In this document: positions 19,849 to 27,814 of the stretch, in pieces
Position numbering within the stretch: position 1 is the stretch's first letter
Layout of the letters: each line of letters begins with the position of its first letter
From: Synergistales bacterium
Lineage (GTDB): Bacteria > Synergistota > Synergistia > Synergistales > JAFGMB01
Direction: 5' to 3'
NCBI GenBank assembly: GCA_963666205.1
Contig: OY762654.1
Span: 1,632,001 to 1,696,000, forward strand
Length of the DNA: 64,000 nucleotides
The notes under the pieces: generated by a model
Told to the model about the DNA's origin: nothing
The model's database searches: none
What the model saw: only the letters and a program-made list of their open reading frames with translations
Made by a program: the position numbers and the translations under genes

Positions 19849-20040
19849 AGCCGATATACCTCCCCTGAATAAAGTTATTATCCTAAATTATAATAAATTC
19901 TATATATTTATACAACTACTGTCCCAAGAATACTATACCAGGGTTAATTACGCACTATTCGTGAATAGTGGCATAAATTACGCTGTCATGATTATAAGTA
20001 TAATAACTAATGACTCTTTAAAAAACGTTTATTCAATGAA

Positions 20041-20616
20041 TTATGAACTCTGCTCAATATTGACTAATTTCATGAACTCATTGTCTTTGAGATCTGAAAG
20101 GTTCCTGTAGATGAGGTTCTGCTCGGGAAAATGGAGCCCTTCCCGGAAGGCTGCGGTCCTGATGGAATTTAAGAGATCCTTTCGCACAGTTTCCTCGAGG
20201 GGAAAGAGTTTTCTATCTCTGGTGAGGGTGTATTGTTCGTAGGTCTTAAGGCATGCCTTTTTGTATCCCCTGTTCTGGTCCCTGTAAAAGAAAAGAGCTT
20301 CGGTTGCTGAAATGCCTGATCTCTGAAGAACTTTCTCCAATATATATACGTGATCTTCGGGAAAAAAAAGGTCCCTATCGATCTGTGATGGGGCGAGAAA
20401 GAACCTTTCGCCTGCCAGTTCCCTGAAAATGGAGGCGAATTCTTGCAGGAAAATGTTGAAATTCTCAAGATCCCTGTTTCGAAGTGAGGCAAGCTGAACC
20501 TCTTTTTGCCACTCCTTCATCCTGTAACCTGGTTTCCTTCCAGAGAAACTTTTACCCTTCTTATTGGGAGGGGTATTTTTATCCTCTATGTTTTGAAGGT
20601 TTTCCGGATATTTCAT
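20041..20616 (-). CDS. Hypothetical protein under a sigma28 promoter
   Basis: GGAGG RBS; promoter at 20659-20685. Confidence 0.7.
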   Translation of the reverse strand: MKYPENLQNIEDKNTPPNKKGKSFSGRKPGYRMKEWQKEVQLASLRNRDLENFNIFLQEFASIFRELAGERFFLAPSQIDRDLFFPEDHVYILEKVLQRSGISATEALFFYRDQNRGYKKACLKTYEQYTLTRDRKLFPLEETVRKDLLNSIRTAAFREGLHFPEQNLIYRNLSDLKDNEFMKLVNIEQSS

Positions 20617-20658
20617 TGAGTGTACCTCCCTGCGGAAAAGATGGCTCCATACGCTTAA

Positions 20659-20685
20659 GTATCGGTATTTGGATGGGTTAATTTA
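20659..20685 (-). promoter_or_regulatory. sigma28-type promoter
   Basis: TAAA-N15-ACCGATAC. Confidence 0.75.
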
Positions 20686-20768
20686 AGGAAAAACAAAGAT
20701 AGAAGACAAAACTTTTCCCTTAATTCCGTCTGTGTTTCTGGCAGTGTTTGTGAGGGAGGTCGGGTATA

Positions 20769-21257
20769 TTGAAGGACATAAATAATGTAGTTGAGAATCT
20801 TGCCTTTGTAGATTCTTCCGGGAAATTCATAGATGGTGCGGATTTTGCGAACCTTAACCTGAAGTTTCCCAGGCTTGAGAGGCTTCTGGATGACATTATG
20901 AGAAGGAATGAATTTAGCCGTCTCATTTACCAGTCCAGAGAGAGCATGGGGGAGGTATGGATAAGAAGGCTAGACAGCAAAGGGAACTTCTGGAAAGTAT
21001 GGCAGGAAAGGGAAATAGATGGAGAAAGTGAGGAAAATCCCTCCATACGGTTCATCTATCACCCTGACCATGGTGTGGTCCGCCCTGTGGACTATGCAGA
21101 CCCTTTTGTTCAGCTGGAGGGGAACAGGCGCACGGCCCAGCTTCTCATCTCGTCTTTTCTTACCCACTGGCTTTCGGGAGTCCTTGTGCTTGCTGAGGAA
21201 AGAGATACTTTCAGGGGTCTTGAGGAAGTGGTCGAAATGGAGAGGGATCTGTTTTAG
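20769..21257 (+). CDS. Hypothetical protein, DUF1249/DUF6908-like
   Basis: NPSIRFIYH...ISSFLTHWL resembles the DP.m.irv.H...ln.FL..WL pattern; GGAGG RBS with TTG start. Confidence 0.5.
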   Translation: MKDINNVVENLAFVDSSGKFIDGADFANLNLKFPRLERLLDDIMRRNEFSRLIYQSRESMGEVWIRRLDSKGNFWKVWQEREIDGESEENPSIRFIYHPDHGVVRPVDYADPFVQLEGNRRTAQLLISSFLTHWLSGVLVLAEERDTFRGLEEVVEMERDLF

Positions 21258-21447
21258 AAAAGGAGCTCCTGGAGATTTCTCTCTATTCAGAATCATCCAG
21301 TACCTGACAGGCTTTCTCTGATGTTATCTATGGGCCCGAGGGAACTCCATATTTCCCTTTCCAAGTCCAAACCTAACAATATTGTTCAAACATGGTACCT
21401 CCCGGTCTATTATTCTTTGCCGGCTTGATCTGCTTAATATTCCAGTG

Positions 21448-22476
21448 TCAGAAAACCTCCCAGGAATTGCAGAATTCCCTTATTTCGGGATTCTTTCTGA
21501 TTTTTTCCATGCTTCTGTTCACAATGCTGCGGATATGCTCAGAACTCTTTCCGTAGACCTTGGCGATGTCAGCCAGTGTCTGGCATTCGTATATTCCCAG
21601 GCCGAAACGCCTGCATAGTACGTCAAATTCCTTTTTGTTGAGTTTGTCTCTCAGAAGATCCAGAGCTTCCTGGCGGAACAGCTGTTCTTCGTCCGGGGGG
21701 GCGTAAAAAGTTTCGCCCAGAGAATTGTCATCCATATAGCCGTTGCTGTTGCCCATTTTTTCAGGACTCAAAGAGAATGAACCCTTTCCCGATTCTTCAG
21801 GATAATCAATGGAAATAGTAGATGCCGATATCCTTACCAGGGCCTTGAGCCTTTCCAGGTCAATGTCCTTGGGAATAGATTCCAGTTTCCCCTCCTTGAA
21901 AGCCTGGATATGTTCCGACATGATATGCACAGAAGTTCCTGCATATCCAGGAACGCTGAATCCGTGACGGTGTTGTACCAGGGCGATCTTTATGCACTGG
22001 TATATCCAGGGTATCCCATAGGTGCTGAACCTGGTATTTCTTTTGTAGTCAAACCTTCTTACAGCTATCATAAGACCCAGAATGCCCTCCTGTACCAGAT
22101 CCATGAAGGATAGTATGCTCTGGTGGCCCATACGATCCCTTATCTTCTTTGTACAGGCTATGACCAGCCTGAGATTGGCCAGGACGAACTTCTGGAAGGC
22201 TTCTCTGTCGCCTTCCTCCTGAATGCGCCGCGAAAGTTCTTTCTCTTCTCGGGGAGTCAGGAGAGGTATGTTTCCTACCTGGGAGTGAAAAAGCTCGTAA
22301 ACTGTCTTAAGGGCTTCCCGGTCTTCTTCCGAGTCTACTGTGATCTCTATGATATCTCCTTCATCCTTTCCAGGCTGAAGTTCCAGAGATGTATCTATCC
22401 ATGAGGAATATGCCTCATGGGGTTTTCTTTCCTTTGACGACAATAATGATATGGTCCCCTGTTTCTTCCTTGACAT
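21448..22476 (-). CDS. Divergent RpoD/RpoS-like (group 2-type) sigma70 factor
   Basis: Region 1.2 IPLLTPREEKEL; region 2 ANLRLV, DLVQEGILGL, RFSTYG.PWI; region 4 RFGL...TLADIA; no region 1.1. Confidence 0.88.
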   Translation of the reverse strand: MSRKKQGTISLLSSKERKPHEAYSSWIDTSLELQPGKDEGDIIEITVDSEEDREALKTVYELFHSQVGNIPLLTPREEKELSRRIQEEGDREAFQKFVLANLRLVIACTKKIRDRMGHQSILSFMDLVQEGILGLMIAVRRFDYKRNTRFSTYGIPWIYQCIKIALVQHRHGFSVPGYAGTSVHIMSEHIQAFKEGKLESIPKDIDLERLKALVRISASTISIDYPEESGKGSFSLSPEKMGNSNGYMDDNSLGETFYAPPDEEQLFRQEALDLLRDKLNKKEFDVLCRRFGLGIYECQTLADIAKVYGKSSEHIRSIVNRSMEKIRKNPEIREFCNSWEVF

Positions 22477-22518
22477 TTTCCCGGCTCCTTCCCTGGATCC
22501 GTCACTGCTTTCTTTTAG

Positions 22519-22547
22519 TTATCGGCAGTAAGGAGGGGGGTAATTTA
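22519..22547 (-). promoter_or_regulatory. sigma28-type promoter of the sigma-factor gene
   Basis: Perfect -10 GCCGATAA with TAAA 17 nt upstream. Confidence 0.65.
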
Positions 22548-22643
22548 GCTTATCTGTATGAATCTGTTTAAAAGAACCCTCTTTTCCCATCTTCATTTAT
22601 AGGTTAGATTAGAAAATGAATATTAGACAGGGAGGGATGAGAC

Positions 22644-22961
22644 ATGGATAGAACCGGAAAGGTGATAAGAAAACTTCCTTCTCCTGAAGCTCTGAAAACA
22701 ACCAGTGCTCTCTATGACAGAAAAGGGAATCTTGCACAGACCGGAGAGACCACCGAAACAGCGAACCTGGAGCATATAGCTTATATCATGGAGAGGCTGT
22801 CTGCTCTCTACGGAAGAATAGTGGAGACAAGGGTCCTTCCCGGGGAGATAGCCTTCTCAGACGAAGATGGAGAACTTGTAAGGATCTCAGCAGTCAGGGC
22901 CCTGTCTATGGTAGAGGATATCCGTTTTCTCCTCTCCCCCGTCCTGGACCGTAAGGCCTGA
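22644..22961 (+). CDS. FlaG-like protein
   Basis: C-terminus DEDGELVRIS...MVEDIRFLLSPVLDRKA resembles the FlaG tail; GGAGG RBS. Confidence 0.45.
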   Translation: MDRTGKVIRKLPSPEALKTTSALYDRKGNLAQTGETTETANLEHIAYIMERLSALYGRIVETRVLPGEIAFSDEDGELVRISAVRALSMVEDIRFLLSPVLDRKA

Positions 22962-23165
22962 ATTGTGATTATCTTCATTTGATCAAAAGTCCATATTCAG
23001 CGGGCGTCTCTACGGGGCTACCCTTTCTTTTTATGATTTACTGAAGTACAACTTACGGTTTTTTGGATTAAGAAAGAAAAGTCCTGGTTGGCTAAGGGGC
23101 CATCTTGCCGACCAGATGATGAGAGAAAAGAGATGGTTCCTGTCAAGGGATTAAAAAGATTGATG

Positions 23166-23194
23166 TTGACAGGTGCTTTCTATGGACTTAGTCT
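23166..23194 (+). promoter_or_regulatory. sigma70 promoter
   Basis: TTGACA-N17-TAGTCT. Confidence 0.6.
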
Positions 23195-23221
23195 TTCTTG
23201 ATGAAAGGGGTGAAGTCCTGT

Positions 23222-24091
23222 ATGCCGGAAAGAACAGCGGAAAAGGAATCTGAAGGTTTCCGAAGAGATCCTGAAACAAAGGTCAGGAAGCTTCTGCAGT
23301 CGGGAGGTTTGCCAAGTTACAGACTTGAGCGAATTGCCGGAGAAGGAGTATGTCTTGAGCTTATCCTCTATTCACCGGAACATCTTGCTGCAGCCAAAGA
23401 TCTGATAGATAAGGAATCTGGCCCTTTCCGAGGTTCTTCACAGACCTCTGTGAATTGTCGTCACGGAGACCTTTCTCCCATGGAATATGATATTTCCCTG
23501 GACGGAATTCCCTTTATCCTGAAGATGAATACCCTTTTCGGACAGGCCTTTTGCGCTGCCCTCTCTCACCTTGAGAGCGTACGAGGCCCCCTTTCGTCTA
23601 AAGAAAGGGAAAAGCTGAGAGAACAGGTGCTGAAGCTGGAGGGAGCTTTCTCGAAAAAAGGGTCCCCTATTCATGGAAAAAATAAGTCTCTTCGCAGAAA
23701 AAGATCTGCCCCGGATAGTACCGATACCCTTGATTATTATGAAGACCTGATCAATGTATCAGAGGTTATGCTCTATTTCCAGATTCACCCTTCAACCCTG
23801 GAAAGGTGGACCTCCCTTGCCGAAGATAAAGGCATATCCATTCTAAGGGATCCTGTGAATGGCGTAAGGGATGATGAGCTGCCTGAGGATCTTGTGCTGC
23901 TCATGGAGGTTCTCAGAGGCCTCAGGATACGGGATCTTCTGGATTTGAAGGAGTACATCTGCAGGAACCTGGAAAGCTGGGAAGACCTTTACGAAGCCTT
24001 CGAGACGGCCAGCTTGATGGGACTTTTCCCTTCGGAAAGCATTACACCCTTCAAGTTCGCCTGGGCTCTTATGGAGGCAAGAAAAGGCTGA
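23222..24091 (+). CDS. Hypothetical protein with MerR/RacA-like HTH in its C-terminal half
   Basis: NVSEVMLYFQIHPSTLERW...ILRDPVNGVR...EDLVLLMEV. Confidence 0.6.
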   Translation: MPERTAEKESEGFRRDPETKVRKLLQSGGLPSYRLERIAGEGVCLELILYSPEHLAAAKDLIDKESGPFRGSSQTSVNCRHGDLSPMEYDISLDGIPFILKMNTLFGQAFCAALSHLESVRGPLSSKEREKLREQVLKLEGAFSKKGSPIHGKNKSLRRKRSAPDSTDTLDYYEDLINVSEVMLYFQIHPSTLERWTSLAEDKGISILRDPVNGVRDDELPEDLVLLMEVLRGLRIRDLLDLKEYICRNLESWEDLYEAFETASLMGLFPSESITPFKFAWALMEARKG

Positions 24092-24351
24092 GCATCAAAA
24101 CAAGGGACTGAAAAAGATGTTTGAGTGATACCCCATGATTCGGCCCCCCTATATCCATTGATAGCTCTTGGAGAACAGAACTGTTTCCAGGTAACAGGTT
24201 TCCCGATCAATACTCCAGTCTCATTGAATCTTGTGATGTGGCCGCAAATAAGGGGAGGAGTACGACTTTCCATACTGAAACAAGCGTCCTGGAGGTTTGT
24301 GTTATTTGAGAAAGGAATAAAAGCATCCGAACCCTTCAGGAGAGGTCGTTA

Positions 24352-24804
24352 TCAGGCTCTGGTATCAAGGCTGACAGTAACATGGCCGGGCCGGACAAAA
24401 CTTTTGAGTCTTTCAAGGATCATTTCCGACAGGAAACGCTGTTCTTCAGCCTGCCTGGAGAGGATGAAACTGATCTCCTTGATCGAAACGACCACAGAGA
24501 GAAGATTTCTGGATGATTCCTTGAGTCTGCAAGAACTTTCGTTGTCCAGGGCGGTGCATATTTCCTTCAACACGGGATTACATCCCAGAGTCTCGGCGAG
24601 TTTGGCTGCAGCCCTGTTTCTTTCAGCTTCTGCCAGCATGGCCTTTCCTGAAATTTCCTGGAGATGCCGAAGCAGTGCGGGCAGTAGATGGGGTTCGCCC
24701 CTTCTGAGGACTTCTTTCTCTTCCTGGAGAACTTCCAACAGCCCAATAAGGGCCTCTCTCTGTAAATTATTCTTTTCTATGAGGGAGTTCAGGAGTTGTT
24801 TCAT
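24352..24804 (-). CDS. flgN: Flagellar export chaperone FlgN
   Basis: 150-aa helical protein, LLEVLQEEKEVL pattern, after flgJ. Confidence 0.7.
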   Translation of the reverse strand: MKQLLNSLIEKNNLQREALIGLLEVLQEEKEVLRRGEPHLLPALLRHLQEISGKAMLAEAERNRAAAKLAETLGCNPVLKEICTALDNESSCRLKESSRNLLSVVVSIKEISFILSRQAEEQRFLSEMILERLKSFVRPGHVTVSLDTRA

Positions 24805-25163
24805 TTTGTTTCACCTCGCGGAGATTGTAATTCAGACCCACCCATCTGTTTCTTATATTCCCTTGATGCTTTTTCCTGCTTGAGGGTCTGGTATAGGTCC
24901 TTCCATAGACCAATTCCTCCATTTTCCTGAGAAGCCAGACTTTCTCCGGTCATTTCAATTGTGAGTTCACGGAGGGATTCAAAGGGTTTGTTTCCTTTTC
25001 GTTCACCTTTAGCAGAGTTGGAACTCAGGGATTCCTTAAGCATGCTGGCAATGAAGATTCCCTCGAACTGTTTGCAGGCTCTCTTTAATTTCTGATCGTC
25101 CTTTTCCTGCAGGTGTTTCTGCTGTTGAAGTCCCTGGACCTGATCTGAGTTACCTACCTTCAT
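24801..25163 (-). CDS. flgJ: FlgJ, rod-binding domain only
   Basis: LKRACKQFEGIFIASMLK...GGIGLWKDLYQ. Confidence 0.85.
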   Translation of the reverse strand: MKVGNSDQVQGLQQQKHLQEKDDQKLKRACKQFEGIFIASMLKESLSSNSAKGERKGNKPFESLRELTIEMTGESLASQENGGIGLWKDLYQTLKQEKASREYKKQMGGSELQSPRGETK

Positions 25164-25175
25164 AATTTATTCCTC

Positions 25176-26321
25176 CTAAAGGATGACCAGTTCGCCTTGA
25201 AGGGCTCCTGCCCTGTCGATGGCCTGAAGGATGGTTATTATATCCCGCGGAGTTGCTCCAAGGGCATTAAGACTTTTTACAACGTCTTCCACCGTAGCCG
25301 ATGCTTCCAGGTGGGCCAGGCTCCCTCTCTCTTCCTCCGCTGTGATCAGGGATTGCTCAAGTATCACCGTCTCGCCTTCGGAGAAAGGCTGGGGCTGACT
25401 AACCCCTTTCTGCGTCGCAATGGTAACGGTGAGATTCCCGTGTGCCACGGCCACTTCGCTGATCTTCACGTTGCCCCCCATGGCTACCGTTCCGGTCCTC
25501 TCGTTTATGACCACCCTGGCTATAGTATCGGGTGTTATCTTCAATATCTCCAGTTCTGCTATGAAATGGGGAGTCCTTCCCTTGAAAGTCTGGGGTATTT
25601 TTATCTCCACACATCCGGCATCAGAGGCATAGGCTACTGAACCGAACCGGGCATTGAGGACCCTCGCAACCCTGTCAGCGGTTGTGAAGTCAGGTTCTCT
25701 CAGAAGGAACCGTATGGTCTCCCCGTTACCGGAGTTCCAGGAGGTCTCCCTTTCTACCAAGGCTCCTCCGGGGATCCTCCCCGTGGTGGAGATATTCTTC
25801 GAAAGGCTTGAGCCTGATGCACTGGCGGAGAATCCGCCGATGAATATGGGACCCTGGGCTACGGCATAAATATTTCCGTTAGCAGCCTTAAGGGGGGTCT
25901 GAAGCAATATTCCGCCTTCGAGGCTCTTGGCATCGCCCACAGCACTTACTGTAACATCGATCTTTTCCCCGTTCCTTGCAAAGGGGGGCAGTTCACAGGT
26001 TACTGTTACAACGGCAGCATTCTTGCTCTTAAGATCATTTCTGTTTATTGATATCCCGAAATTCTGCGTTAGGTTGCCCAGCATGGCTATAACCAGGTCC
26101 CCCTTGTCGCCCGTTCCCTGAAGACCCATAACGAGGCCCATACCCGCAAGCTGGTTAGACCTGACTCCTTCCATCCTTCCCAGGTCTTTAAGACGAACCT
26201 CGGGATGGATCTGAGCGGCAGGGATCGCAGGAGAGGCGAGGATGAGTAAAACCAGGCTCCATAGCAGGATGTTTTTCAGTTTAAGACCAGATTTCTTAAG
26301 AAGAGGGCTGTAATGGTCCAT
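25176..26321 (-). CDS. flgI: P-ring protein FlgI
   Basis: GVRSNQL.G.GLV.GL.GTGD, GDAKSLEGG, VINERTGT. Confidence 0.95.
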   Translation of the reverse strand: MDHYSPLLKKSGLKLKNILLWSLVLLILASPAIPAAQIHPEVRLKDLGRMEGVRSNQLAGMGLVMGLQGTGDKGDLVIAMLGNLTQNFGISINRNDLKSKNAAVVTVTCELPPFARNGEKIDVTVSAVGDAKSLEGGILLQTPLKAANGNIYAVAQGPIFIGGFSASASGSSLSKNISTTGRIPGGALVERETSWNSGNGETIRFLLREPDFTTADRVARVLNARFGSVAYASDAGCVEIKIPQTFKGRTPHFIAELEILKITPDTIARVVINERTGTVAMGGNVKISEVAVAHGNLTVTIATQKGVSQPQPFSEGETVILEQSLITAEEERGSLAHLEASATVEDVVKSLNALGATPRDIITILQAIDRAGALQGELVIL

Positions 26322-26332
26322 TCTATATCACC

Positions 26333-26944
26333 TCAAAATATGGCGTTGAATAGCCGGGTAAGGAGGCCGGGATTCTGGATATCGCTTATGGTGCCTATTC
26401 CCTCAACGCTGACGGTAACGTTGGCAAGTTTGTCGCTATGTATGATGTTGTCCGGTCCCACATCGAGGGGCCTCAGGATCCCTTCTATCTGGAGGGTCAT
26501 GTTTTCTTTATGGGTCTGAATATTTTTGCCCCCCCCTACCCGCAGGGTGCCTCCCGGAAGGATTTCCGTGACCATACAGGTCACAGTTGTGGAGAGGTTG
26601 TGGGTTCTTTCCGTGGATCCGTCCCCTTCCATGGTGCTTTCCGTGGAAAATCCCAGCTTCCTTATGAAATTCAGGATACCTGTACCATCTGAGGCTGTAC
26701 TGGAATTTTCCTTTGATATGTCAGTGTTGGCTTCGTCTTTTGCCTTTGTTTTTTCTTCTACCAGAACAGTTACGATGTCCCCGACCCGTGAAGGCCGATG
26801 ATCCTCCACCAGGGACGGACCGTCCATCCACAGTGACTGGCCCGGAGATGTTCCTGCGAACAGGGATAGAATAATTGGCACTATGAAGCAGATCTTAATG
26901 GATCTCAAGAAGATCACTTCCTTCCGGGGATCAGATCCCCTCAT
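26333..26944 (-). CDS. flgH: L-ring protein FlgH (true start probably about 9-12 codons downstream)
   Basis: RVGDIVTVLVEE, GILRPLDVGPDNIIHSDKLA. Confidence 0.9.
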   Translation of the reverse strand: MRGSDPRKEVIFLRSIKICFIVPIILSLFAGTSPGQSLWMDGPSLVEDHRPSRVGDIVTVLVEEKTKAKDEANTDISKENSSTASDGTGILNFIRKLGFSTESTMEGDGSTERTHNLSTTVTCMVTEILPGGTLRVGGGKNIQTHKENMTLQIEGILRPLDVGPDNIIHSDKLANVTVSVEGIGTISDIQNPGLLTRLFNAIF

Positions 26945-27635
26945 TTACTAGAACCATGCCTGGACTTACGACCATGGCATGAATGTCCTTACGGTATTTC
27001 CCTATCCTTACTCTTATGGTAGATCCCCTGGAACCTGATTCAAGGGCAAGTCCAGGGAGTTTCACCTCTACGCCTCCGGATCTCGATATCACGGTTAGCC
27101 GGGCTCCCCGCTCTACCATCATTATCCTTTCCACGTCCCCTTCGGAAATAAAATCCCCCGATGCTATCCTCCGTTTGGCCCTTTTCCCGATCAGGAGTGT
27201 CATGTCTGAAAAGATATCACCATAAGTCCGTTTATAGTGGGCCTCCCGAAGATTCATGTCTTCTCCTGAAAGGATCTGTCCCCGCTCTATATTCCTGGTG
27301 GCATAAACCATAATGGCATTCCATTCCAGCCTGTAAACGCCGCAGAACTCTCTTGTGCCTGATCGCAGTCTCAAGGTCAGTGACGGAATTCCCGGGTATA
27401 TCCTCCGGGGATTAGTCACCTCTCCGGTCATGCCGAAATGATGTGGTTCCATGGTTATGCCGGTCCATTTTATTCTGCTTCTATTTTCCCGGAGAAGGTC
27501 CAGTAAAACCTCAGTTCCGTCTGTGTGATCCAGCTGAAGTCCTTCTATGGATATTGGGGCTGCTGCGAGGGCCGGAACAACAACCAGCAACAACAGCATA
27601 AAAAACAATACAACTTTACAGAAAGCTTTAATCAT
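26931..27635 (-). CDS. flgA: P-ring chaperone FlgA
   Basis: SAF domain ATRNIERGQILS, MVERGA, GLALESG; GGAGG RBS before ATG 27635. Confidence 0.85.
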   Translation of the reverse strand: MIKAFCKVVLFFMLLLLVVVPALAAAPISIEGLQLDHTDGTEVLLDLLRENRSRIKWTGITMEPHHFGMTGEVTNPRRIYPGIPSLTLRLRSGTREFCGVYRLEWNAIMVYATRNIERGQILSGEDMNLREAHYKRTYGDIFSDMTLLIGKRAKRRIASGDFISEGDVERIMMVERGARLTVISRSGGVEVKLPGLALESGSRGSTIRVRIGKYRKDIHAMVVSPGMVLVNEGI

Positions 27636-27814
27636 AAATAATTTCCTCCAGTTATAAATAATAACATTATAAACAACGTTTTTCCATATAACCTTAATTA
27701 ACAATGCATGACCTTTTCATTGTTTTTTACACAGGGAACTGTTGCTGAATGCTTGTATTCCCGATAACAGAACTAGATCTCCCGGATAATCCGGGTCGAG
27801 ATGGAGGTATGAAA

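Noticed and set aside
24125-24883. 252-aa plus-strand ORF and many similar antisense ORFs in the track
   Set aside because: Shadow frames of well-supported opposite-strand genes
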